From contig SVRM01000001.1 in assembly GCA_015064785.1 (NCBI GenBank), forward strand, positions 349 through 64,348: a stretch of DNA of 64,000 bases, read 5' to 3'. The notes below the pieces were generated by a model. The model did no database searches and was not told the DNA's origin. It worked only from the letters and a program-made list of their open reading frames with translations. The number at the start of each line of letters is the position of its first letter. Position 1 is the stretch's first letter. This DNA comes from Oscillospiraceae bacterium (GTDB taxonomy: Bacteria > Bacillota > Clostridia > Oscillospirales > CAG-272). Shown piece after piece: positions 43,133-51,435 of the stretch. Both the position numbers and the translations under genes were made by a program.

Positions 43133-44596
43133 ATGAAAAAAATGAACAGAATCTGTACTTCCCTGCTTGCACTTCTGATAGTGGCCGCTGCCGTTTCCTG
43201 CTCTGATACTTCGACGGACGAAGGCAGTGCTGTCACCACAGGAGCAGATACTGCCGCCATCGAAGATACTACGGCAGCCGACAATGTACCGGACCGTCTG
43301 GCTGAACTTGGTGCCCGCGATCTCACAGGTCAGATTTATACTGTCCTTGACTCCAACCCCAACGATGCCATGCACATCAATATTCCCGGCGACACCCAGA
43401 CCGGTGAGATCATCAATGACACACTCTGGTCCCGTGACGCATTCATGGAGGAAACCTACGGTGTCACAATCAACTACGAACAGAAAACCTCCGGCGGTTC
43501 GGCCATTGTCCGCGCAAGCGTCATGGCCGGCGACCGCGACTTTGACTTTGTCATCGGTACCGGCGGCGGTGATATGAAGACCATGACGACACAGGGCGTT
43601 CTTGCTAATCTGTGTGAAGTCGAGCATCTGTCGCTTGATCAGAAATGGTGGTCTTCCCTGATGTACGATTCCCTGCGCTTCAACGATGCAATGTACTTCA
43701 CCACCGGTGATATCACACCGACGATGTATCAGATTGCGGCATGTACCTTTGTCAACACAAAGCTCGTTGACGATTACGACCTCGACTGTGATTTCGTCTC
43801 TGAAGTCAGAAACGGTACCTGGACATGGGATCTGGTCGGTGAGCTGTCGAAGGATATCGCACAGGATCTCAACCAGGACGGTCAGTGGGCATATGTCGAT
43901 GACCTGTTCGGCAATATCGGCTGTTTCTCCACATACCTGATCCCCGGCTGTGCCGTTGATTACTGTACCTTCTCCGAGGACAATACCGTTCTGTCTCTGG
44001 CACCGATCACCGACCGTACTGTTGCTGTCTGCGAAAAACTGCAAAGCGTGTTCCCGCAGAAGAGCATCAAGTCCGAGGGCAATGATTTCTCCCAGTCCGC
44101 ATTCAAGGAAGACCGCGCACTGTTCTTAACCCACATCACCGAAAGTGCCGCCGTTCACCTGCGTGACATGGAAAGCGACTACCTGATTCTGCCCGTTGCA
44201 AAGTTCGATGAGGCACAGGAAGGCTACCGTACCGCCGTCAACCTCTGGGCAACTGCGTATGTCGGCATTCCACTGACCGCGGCTGACGAGCAGACCGGCT
44301 TCATCACCGAAGCGATGGCGTACTGGTCCTACAAGAACATGCGTCCGATCGCATTTGATCTGACCTACAAGGCAAAGACCGTCCGCGATGAGCGTTCTGT
44401 CGAAATGTTGGATATCGTATTCGATAATCTTTACTGCTCCTTTGCTGATCTGTACAACTTCGGCGGTCTGACTTCCGTTTACTGGGACGTTCTCTGCACC
44501 GACAAGGGCATTGCCTCCGAAATTGAAGCAATTTCCGGTAAGGCAGAAGGCGACATCAAGAATTTCATGGAGACCTGGGGTCAGCCTCAGTCCTGA
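43133..44596 (+). CDS. Large extracellular solute-binding lipoprotein, paralogue 3
   Basis: 487 aa. Lipoprotein signal (LLIVAAAVSCSD). Shares INDTLWSRDAFMEETYG, WW, NGTWTWDL and DLNQDG with the paralogues. Confidence 0.8.
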   Translation: MKKMNRICTSLLALLIVAAAVSCSDTSTDEGSAVTTGADTAAIEDTTAADNVPDRLAELGARDLTGQIYTVLDSNPNDAMHINIPGDTQTGEIINDTLWSRDAFMEETYGVTINYEQKTSGGSAIVRASVMAGDRDFDFVIGTGGGDMKTMTTQGVLANLCEVEHLSLDQKWWSSLMYDSLRFNDAMYFTTGDITPTMYQIAACTFVNTKLVDDYDLDCDFVSEVRNGTWTWDLVGELSKDIAQDLNQDGQWAYVDDLFGNIGCFSTYLIPGCAVDYCTFSEDNTVLSLAPITDRTVAVCEKLQSVFPQKSIKSEGNDFSQSAFKEDRALFLTHITESAAVHLRDMESDYLILPVAKFDEAQEGYRTAVNLWATAYVGIPLTAADEQTGFITEAMAYWSYKNMRPIAFDLTYKAKTVRDERSVEMLDIVFDNLYCSFADLYNFGGLTSVYWDVLCTDKGIASEIEAISGKAEGDIKNFMETWGQPQS

Positions 44597-44619
44597 TTCA
44601 CCCTTTCACGACAAAAGAA

Positions 44620-44652
44620 CGAGGTGCTGCAAGCAGCACCTCGAATTTTTTT
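44620..44652 (+). terminator. Intrinsic terminator after SBP paralogue 3
   Basis: CGAGGTGCTGC-AA-GCAGCACCTCG perfect 11-bp stem followed by AATTTTTTT. Confidence 0.8.
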
Positions 44653-44735
44653 CTTTGTTTTTGCATTCCGGGTTTTGACAAACATCACGAGTGCCATCAG
44701 GCACAGCACTGGATAATATGTTCCATGCATGATGA

Positions 44736-46118
44736 TCACCGTAAGACGAGTTTCAGAAGTGTTTCGTAGAGCTTGCTCTTGTACGGCTGATACCGCATCG
44801 GCAGATCAAGCCATGTTTTCTTGTCGACAATCGATTTATAGTGCGAAAATGCATCAAAGCCATCGCGGCCGTGGTAGGAGCCCATACCGCTCTCACCCAC
44901 ACCGCCGAAGCCCATTTCACTCGTCGCGAGATGAATGACAACATCATTGATGCATCCGCCGCCATAGGACAGCTCCGTTGTGACACGGCGGATATGCCGC
45001 TTGTCGGAGGAGAACAGATACAGTGCAAGCGGTTTGTCCTTTTCCTTGAGAGAATCGATCATCGCATCAAAATCGTCATATGTGAGAATTGGCATGATCG
45101 GACCGAAAATTTCCTCATCCATAACCGCATCATCCCAGGTGACACCGTCCATGACCGTCGGCGCGATACGGCACGCGGCACGATCGGATTTTCCGCCGAG
45201 GACAACTTTATCATTATCGATGAGGGAACACAGCCTCTCAAAATGCTTTTCGTTGACGATCTTTCCGTAGTTGGAATTCGCAAGCGGATCGTCGCCGTAC
45301 TGTACACGGACCTGGTCGATCACAGCAGACACAAACGCATCCCTGACCGATTTGTCGCACAGGATATAGTCCGGGGCGACGCAGGTCTGACCGCAGTTGA
45401 GATATTTGCCGAAGACAATGCGTTTTGCCGCCAGCGGGATGTTGGCAGTCGCATCGACGATACACGGACTTTTGCCTCCAAGCTCCAATACTGCCGGTGT
45501 CAGATGCTCAGCACAGTGCCGCAGGACCTCACGTCCGACCGCCTGACTGCCCGTAAAGAAAACAAAATCAAACTTCTGGTCAAGCAATGCGGTGTTCTCT
45601 GCTCTGCCGCCCATGACCACCGCGACATATTCCGGCGAAAAGCATTCGCCGACAATCTTTTCAACAATTCTGCTTGTTGCCGGAGAATAGGCACTCGGTT
45701 TGATAATCGCCGTGTTCCCGGCTGCAATCGCATCTGCCAGCGGTTCAAGCGTCAGCAAAAACGGATAGTTCCACGGACTCATAATCAGTGTGCAGCCGCG
45801 CGGGACCGGCTGCCGATAGCTGTGCGAGGGAAACTGCGCCAGCGGTGTTGCGACGGTTTTGCGCTTTGCAAATTTTGGTGTGTGACGGATCATATAGCTG
45901 ATCTCGGTCAATACCAGACCGGATTCGCACATAAAGCCCTCATAATGGCATTTGCCGAGGTCTTCCCTCAGCGCATTGTTGATTTCATCCTGATATTTTG
46001 TTACCGCGGCATACAGTTTTCTCAGCTGCGCGATGCGGAATTTTATATCGATGGTGGCGCCGCTGTTGTAAAATGCCCGCTGTCCTTCCAGAAGATGCTG
46101 AATTTCCGGACTTGTCAT
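44736..46118 (-). CDS. Aldehyde dehydrogenase family protein (class-3-like)
   Basis: 460 aa. Contains FTGSQAVGREV, ELGGKSPCIVD and EEIFGPI, the catalytic Glu and Cys blocks. Confidence 0.9.
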   Translation of the reverse strand: MTSPEIQHLLEGQRAFYNSGATIDIKFRIAQLRKLYAAVTKYQDEINNALREDLGKCHYEGFMCESGLVLTEISYMIRHTPKFAKRKTVATPLAQFPSHSYRQPVPRGCTLIMSPWNYPFLLTLEPLADAIAAGNTAIIKPSAYSPATSRIVEKIVGECFSPEYVAVVMGGRAENTALLDQKFDFVFFTGSQAVGREVLRHCAEHLTPAVLELGGKSPCIVDATANIPLAAKRIVFGKYLNCGQTCVAPDYILCDKSVRDAFVSAVIDQVRVQYGDDPLANSNYGKIVNEKHFERLCSLIDNDKVVLGGKSDRAACRIAPTVMDGVTWDDAVMDEEIFGPIMPILTYDDFDAMIDSLKEKDKPLALYLFSSDKRHIRRVTTELSYGGGCINDVVIHLATSEMGFGGVGESGMGSYHGRDGFDAFSHYKSIVDKKTWLDLPMRYQPYKSKLYETLLKLVLR

Positions 46119-46136
46119 GTTTTTATTTACGCTCCG

Positions 46137-46973
46137 TTACATTTTTTCAAAGCCGACGAGAACGCCGCCCTTTTCGGCATAAAAGCTGCACAGGCCTCTG
46201 AGCTGATGGATTTCCACCTGTACCTGATGGAATTTTGTCTCGATCATGTTCTTGAGCTGCTGTGCTGCTGACAGATTCTGACAATGACCGATGCTGACTT
46301 TTCCGGTTCGCAGTCCGAATTTTTCCAGCTCGGACAGCAGTGTGTCAAGCGCACGTGCTTCTCCGCGGCATTTGTGTGCCGGATCAAGTGTACCTTCGTC
46401 ACTGGCGCGGCCGACAATACAGATGCCTGCAATGCCGACCAGTTTAGCGACAATCGGCGAAACTCTGCCGTTGTTTGCAAAGTTTTTCAGTGATTTCAGC
46501 ATGAAAATCAAGCCGGTATTCTTCTGGTAAGCATGTATATTTTCGCAGATTTCTTCATAAGTCAACCCTGCGCGCACCGATTCCGCGAGCCGGTAAATCA
46601 GAAGCGAAATTTCGGGACCGGCGGACAGTGAATCCACAACAAGCACACGACTGCCCGGGTGCTGTTCTTCATACAGCTTCTTTGCGGTGCAGGCGGAATT
46701 GTAGCTGCCGGACAGACCGCTTGTGATCGTTACGCAGAAGATGTCGTCCGCTTCGCCGAATGCTTCCAGCCAGTCTGCGGTATTGGGACAGGATGACTTG
46801 GACTGACCCTTATAATGGTCGAGGAATGCAACCATTTCTTCCACATCAATCTGGCGGTCATCGGTGAATTCTCTCTCTGCGGTGATGATTTTCATCGGCG
46901 AATATGCGAAATCCATATCCTCCAGCGTTAAGATATCAGATGCTGAATCCGATACAATTTTGATTGTTCTCAT
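46137..46973 (-). CDS. DegV family fatty-acid-binding protein
   Basis: Start at ATG 46973 (MRTIKIVSDSASD) behind GGAGGA. The SGLSGSYNSA block is typical of DegV. Confidence 0.85.
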   Translation of the reverse strand: MRTIKIVSDSASDILTLEDMDFAYSPMKIITAEREFTDDRQIDVEEMVAFLDHYKGQSKSSCPNTADWLEAFGEADDIFCVTITSGLSGSYNSACTAKKLYEEQHPGSRVLVVDSLSAGPEISLLIYRLAESVRAGLTYEEICENIHAYQKNTGLIFMLKSLKNFANNGRVSPIVAKLVGIAGICIVGRASDEGTLDPAHKCRGEARALDTLLSELEKFGLRTGKVSIGHCQNLSAAQQLKNMIETKFHQVQVEIHQLRGLCSFYAEKGGVLVGFEKM

Positions 46974-47073
46974 GATAATCCTCCGGTTTTGTCGAAAAAA
47001 TTCTGCCGATCCTATCGGCATCGCTCATTTTGTTTTTGGGATGTACGAAAGCGGTTGGTCCCTGCAATCGGTG

Positions 47074-47517
47074 TTACTGCTGTTTTTTCACGCATTGTTC
47101 CAGACGGTCGGAGATGATACTCAGACTGCGATAGAATGCAATCCGTTCCTCCTCGGTCAGTTCTGCTCTGATTTCCTCCAGCACGCAATCGACCTTATCG
47201 TGGATCTTGGCACCGACTGCACGTCCGCGCTCTGTCAGATACAGCGGGCTTTTGTAACGCTTTGCTGATTTGGATTCACAGACAAGAAACCCGTTTCTCT
47301 CAAGATAATCCAGTGCGCGGGAGATTGCCGCTTTGTCTTCGTCGCACCGTTCACACAGCTCGGTTGCGGTCATCCCTTCCGCCGTATACAGATAGTATAG
47401 ACAGGAAACATGTGGGCTACGCAGTCCCCACTCCTCTGTTTCCTGATTCTTGATTTTTCGGATACTGCGGCTGATTTTTGTGATCAGCACAGTAAACAGT
47501 TCAAAGCGTTCTTCCAT
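47074..47517 (-). CDS. MarR-family transcriptional regulator
   Basis: Start at ATG 47517 (MEERFELF). Winged-helix block MTATELCERCDEDKAAISRALDYLERNGFL. The upstream part of listed ORF 47074..47730 crosses the promoter region. Confidence 0.85.
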   Translation of the reverse strand: MEERFELFTVLITKISRSIRKIKNQETEEWGLRSPHVSCLYYLYTAEGMTATELCERCDEDKAAISRALDYLERNGFLVCESKSAKRYKSPLYLTERGRAVGAKIHDKVDCVLEEIRAELTEEERIAFYRSLSIISDRLEQCVKKQQ

Positions 47518-47532
47518 TTCTGCCCTCCGTGC

Positions 47533-47597
47533 CTGTTGTGAAATCAACAAGAATGGCAATAGTATAGCACATTCCTGTTGATATGTCAACAAGAATG
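47533..47597. promoter_or_regulatory. Two copies of a 23-bp pseudo-palindromic site (candidate MarR operators)
   Basis: CTGTTGtgaaaTCAACAAGAATG (47533..47555) and CTGTTGatatgTCAACAAGAATG (47575..47597). Centres are 42 bp apart, directly upstream of marR. Confidence 0.55.
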
Positions 47598-47639
47598 CGC
47601 ATTTTCCGCGGAAACTTTTTCTGAGATTTCCATGATATC

Positions 47640-47668
47640 TTGAAATTTCCGTCGGATTATGATATACT
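47640..47668 (+). promoter_or_regulatory. Candidate sigma-A promoter for the GH16 gene
   Basis: TTGAAA, 17 bp, TATACT with TGa extended -10. Confidence 0.4.
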
Positions 47669-47721
47669 GTACTCACAATATGACACGATAAACCGATATT
47701 GATATAAAAGGAGAAATCAGT

Positions 47722-48741
47722 ATGAAACAATCCATCAAAGGTACACTCTCCATCCTCTTTACTGTTCTGCTTCTGACTGGATGCTCCGGCAGCGGTGATG
47801 ATGCGGAAACGCTGTCACCGGAAGAACGCGCGGAATCGGCACGACTCGAATCCGTGGAACTTGCGGCGGCGGAATCCGAATCTCTCCGACTTGCAGAAGA
47901 ATCGCGTCTGGCAGAAGAGGAGGCACAGCGCAAAGCCGAAGAAGAAGCACGGGCGCTTCTGGAAGCGCAGCTTCAGGAGGACCGTGACATGGCGGTCCGT
48001 GATTTTGAGGAAAACCGCTATGCCACCATTGACGGTGTGGAGCATGAACTGACCTTCATGGACTCATTCAACGGTCATTACCTTGACACGGAAAAGTGGG
48101 AATACTGCCCCAACTGGGAACGCGACGACTGTATCTGGATGGAGGATGCCGCATATCTGGAGGACGGTGCGCTGATTCTGGCGGTTACCGGAGACGACGT
48201 ACCGTATCATGCCGGTGCCATTCGCACCAAGGGCTTGTTTGAACAGGCTTGCGGCTATTGGGAGGTACGTGCCAAGCTGCCGCAGGCGGAAGGCATTAAT
48301 GCGGCATTCTGGCTGATGTGTGACAGTATGCCGAGTACGGAGATCTCCGGCGGTGCGGACGGCGCGGAAATCGATATCATCGAGGCACCGCACCATGACT
48401 GGTCGCAGGTCCAGCACGCCGTTCATGTGGATGGGTATGAGGAAGAACATAAGACTGTCAATTACCCGATCGACATCTCCGGTATTTACGACGACGAATG
48501 GCATACCTTTGCCCTGAACTGGACCCCTGATGGCTACTTCTTCTACATCGACGGAGAATGCACCTGGAAGCTCCGCGGCAAGTGGGTCTGTCTGGTACCC
48601 TGTTACGCAAAACTGACGGCAGCGGTCGGCGGCTGGGCAGGTACGCTTGATTCGTCTCTGACACCGCTGTACGGAATGCAGGTCGACTATATTAAGGTCT
48701 ATTATCCTGTCGCCGGATACGATGCCAACTGCGAAGAATGA
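47722..48741 (+). CDS. Glycoside hydrolase family 16 lipoprotein (beta-glucanase-like) with Glu/Ala-rich coiled N-terminal linker
   Basis: 339 aa. Lipobox LLLTGCSG. AEE-rich helical stretch. GH16 catalytic block GAEIDIIE (ExDxxE). Confidence 0.8.
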   Translation: MKQSIKGTLSILFTVLLLTGCSGSGDDAETLSPEERAESARLESVELAAAESESLRLAEESRLAEEEAQRKAEEEARALLEAQLQEDRDMAVRDFEENRYATIDGVEHELTFMDSFNGHYLDTEKWEYCPNWERDDCIWMEDAAYLEDGALILAVTGDDVPYHAGAIRTKGLFEQACGYWEVRAKLPQAEGINAAFWLMCDSMPSTEISGGADGAEIDIIEAPHHDWSQVQHAVHVDGYEEEHKTVNYPIDISGIYDDEWHTFALNWTPDGYFFYIDGECTWKLRGKWVCLVPCYAKLTAAVGGWAGTLDSSLTPLYGMQVDYIKVYYPVAGYDANCEE

Positions 48742-48772
48742 TTTGCAGACATCAGAGTAGAGGAACTGCGCT

Positions 48773-49471
48773 ATGACTTATGTGATGTCCGATATTCACG
48801 GTCATTATGAAAAATACCTTGCAATGCTTGAGAAAATCGCGTTTTCCGAGGATGACACGCTGTATGTTCTGGGCGATGTTCTTGACCGCGGCCCCAAACC
48901 GACGGAGCTTCTGTACGACATGAGCCTTCGCGCCAATGTCATTCCGCTCCTCGGCAACCATGAAATGATGGCGTCGGTTCTGCTTCGCCGTCTCTGTGTG
49001 GAGATTACGGAAGAAAATGCCGAAACACAAATCACCGCCGATCTTCTCCAAAGCATTCTTTCCTGGCGTGAAAACGGCGGCGACACCACGCTCGCAGGCT
49101 TTCGAGGACTGCCGCCCGAGGAAAGAGAGGCACTGCTTGATTATCTTGATGAGTTTCTGCCGTATGAAATCCTGGAGGTCGGCGGAAACCGCTTTGTCCT
49201 CGTTCACGGCGGCATTCCGTATGAAAACCGCCGCACGCCATTGTCAGAGCAATCCCTGCTGACATTGACAGAACATCGCCCCGACTATCTGCTGCGGTAT
49301 TACGATCACGCCTATCTTGTCACAGGCCATACACCAACGCTGCATATCGGAGGTGCATGTGCCGGCAAAATCTACTGCGGTCACGGACATATTGCCATTG
49401 ACTGCGGCGCCGGATTCGGTATGCCGCTCGGCTGTATCCGGCTGGACGATTTTCATGAATTTTATGTATGA
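48773..49471 (+). CDS. Metallophosphoesterase (PPP-family Ser/Thr phosphatase / PrpE-ApaH-like)
   Basis: 232 aa with the SDIHGH, LGDVLDRGP and GNHE motifs. Confidence 0.85.
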   Translation: MTYVMSDIHGHYEKYLAMLEKIAFSEDDTLYVLGDVLDRGPKPTELLYDMSLRANVIPLLGNHEMMASVLLRRLCVEITEENAETQITADLLQSILSWRENGGDTTLAGFRGLPPEEREALLDYLDEFLPYEILEVGGNRFVLVHGGIPYENRRTPLSEQSLLTLTEHRPDYLLRYYDHAYLVTGHTPTLHIGGACAGKIYCGHGHIAIDCGAGFGMPLGCIRLDDFHEFYV

Positions 49472-49519
49472 CGGAACAGCGGGAAAATATCTCTGCCCGC
49501 GTACTCGGGAGATTACATC

Positions 49520-51415
49520 ATGTATCTTGTAAAACGACTGCTCACCCTTGCCTCCAATCACATCGGAACGATGATCTTTGCCTGCTTCGGTATTGTCGGT
49601 GCCGCGGTGCTGAACCTTGTCACACCCGCACTCCTTCGCCGGTTTACAGCATCGATTGAAGATATCGAAACACTGACGGTCCAGACGCTGATTGTCTATG
49701 CGGCAGTGCTTCTGATCGCTTATCTGGTACGCGCACTCTGCCGCGGCATTTCACTCGGTGTTGCGCACATTGCCGCGTGGCGATTTGTCGGGGAATTGAC
49801 CTTAAAGCTGTATGATAAGCTCGAACAGCTGTCCCTGCGTTATTATCAGGATAAGCAGACGGGCGATTTGATGAGCCGTCTTGGCAACGATGCGCGCCAG
49901 TTTGAGCTTCTGATTGCGCACTCCATTCCCGACCTTGTCAGCAATCTGCTGGTTGTCATCGGCGTGTGCATCATGCTGTTTACCATCAATGTTCCGCTGG
50001 CGCTGATTACCATGATTCCGGTTCCGCTGATTATCCTTATCAGCTTTCTGTATTCCAAAAAGGTTGCGCCGATGTTCCGCATCAACTCCCGTGTATACGG
50101 CGAGCTCAGCGGAGTTCTTCAGGACAACATCACCGGTATGAAGGAGATCAAGGCTTTCGGCTGTGAAGAGTCCGAGCATAACAAAATGAAGCATAACTGC
50201 CGCTATTATGCGAAGGTCAACATCCGTGCCAACCTCGCAAACGCGGTGTTCACGCCCGGGATTGAGCTCATGACCTCCATCGGTACAATTCTCGTTCTGC
50301 TGTTTGGCGGTATGCTGGTGCTGGACGGTAAAATGCGGATCTCTGACATTGTCGGTTTTGTCATGTATCTGTCGCTGTTTTACACCCCCCTTGCCGTGCT
50401 GGCTCGTCTTGTTGAGGATTTACAGTCGACGGCAGCAAGTGCACAGCGTGTCTTTGAGCTGCTCGACAGTAAACCGGAAATCACGGAAGCCTCTGACGCG
50501 GTCACGCTGACCGATGATAACCGCGCAAGCCGGGGATGTGTCCATTTTGATCATGTCAGCTTTTATTACAACAAAGAGGAGCCGCTGCTGGATGATATTT
50601 CCTTTACGGCAGAACCAGGCGAAATGATCGCGCTGGTCGGTCCTACCGGTGTCGGCAAAACAACGATCATTTCCCTGCTCGAACGCTTCTGGGATCCGAT
50701 ATCCGGCAGTGTGAACATCGACGGACACGATATCCGTACACTGACCATGAAGTCTCTGCGTTCACAGCTTTCCATGGTTTTACAGGATGTCTTTCTATTC
50801 AACGGCACAATCGCTGAAAACATCGCCTACGGCATTTCCTGTGCCGACGGCGACGAATATGCCGCACTGACCAATTCCAATGGCAGTCTCTGCGTCAACG
50901 GTGTCAGTCAATCGCTGTCCGGCACGGTGCATTCCGATGCGGATGCCGACCGGATCCTGTCCTCCCCGGTAAAAGAAATCGATATGGACCGCATCATCGA
51001 AGCCGCAAAGATTGCACATGCGCACGAATTCATTTCTGAAATGTCGGACGGTTACCATACCATGATCGGTGAACGCGGCGTACGGCTGTCCGGCGGTCAG
51101 AAGCAGCGCATCGCCATTGCACGTGCAGTTCTGCGCAACGCGCCGATTCTGATTCTGGACGAGGCAACCAGTGCCGTCGACAACGAAACCGAGGCAGAAA
51201 TTCAGGCGGCAATCGAATCGCTTGCCGGTACACGTACCGTCATCGTGATCGCGCATCGCCTGTCGACGGTCATGCGTGCCGATAAAATCATTGTCCTTGA
51301 AAAAGGCAGAATTGTTGAGTGCGGACGGCATGAGGAGCTGCTTGCGCAGAACGGCCTGTATGCCAAGCTCTGTCATGCACAAACGGCATCCGGTACTGTC
51401 GGTTCCGTCAACTGA
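49520..51415 (+). CDS. ABC transporter, fused permease/ATPase half-transporter (MsbA/exporter type) with an NBD insertion
   Basis: 631 aa. Six-TM domain, then Walker A GPTGVGKTT, signature LSGGQKQR and Walker B ILILDEA. An extra segment of about 45-50 aa lies between NIAYG and DRIIEAAKIAHAHEFI. Confidence 0.88.
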   Translation: MYLVKRLLTLASNHIGTMIFACFGIVGAAVLNLVTPALLRRFTASIEDIETLTVQTLIVYAAVLLIAYLVRALCRGISLGVAHIAAWRFVGELTLKLYDKLEQLSLRYYQDKQTGDLMSRLGNDARQFELLIAHSIPDLVSNLLVVIGVCIMLFTINVPLALITMIPVPLIILISFLYSKKVAPMFRINSRVYGELSGVLQDNITGMKEIKAFGCEESEHNKMKHNCRYYAKVNIRANLANAVFTPGIELMTSIGTILVLLFGGMLVLDGKMRISDIVGFVMYLSLFYTPLAVLARLVEDLQSTAASAQRVFELLDSKPEITEASDAVTLTDDNRASRGCVHFDHVSFYYNKEEPLLDDISFTAEPGEMIALVGPTGVGKTTIISLLERFWDPISGSVNIDGHDIRTLTMKSLRSQLSMVLQDVFLFNGTIAENIAYGISCADGDEYAALTNSNGSLCVNGVSQSLSGTVHSDADADRILSSPVKEIDMDRIIEAAKIAHAHEFISEMSDGYHTMIGERGVRLSGGQKQRIAIARAVLRNAPILILDEATSAVDNETEAEIQAAIESLAGTRTVIVIAHRLSTVMRADKIIVLEKGRIVECGRHEELLAQNGLYAKLCHAQTASGTVGSVN

Positions 51416-51435
51416 CATAGAACAGGAGAAGTTTT

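Noticed and set aside
44841-46271. 476-aa plus-strand ORF opposite the aldehyde dehydrogenase and DegV genes
   Set aside because: Shadow ORF. The minus-strand products carry unambiguous ALDH (ELGGKSPCIVD) and DegV motifs, and the plus-strand translation is low-complexity (R, C, H, Q rich).
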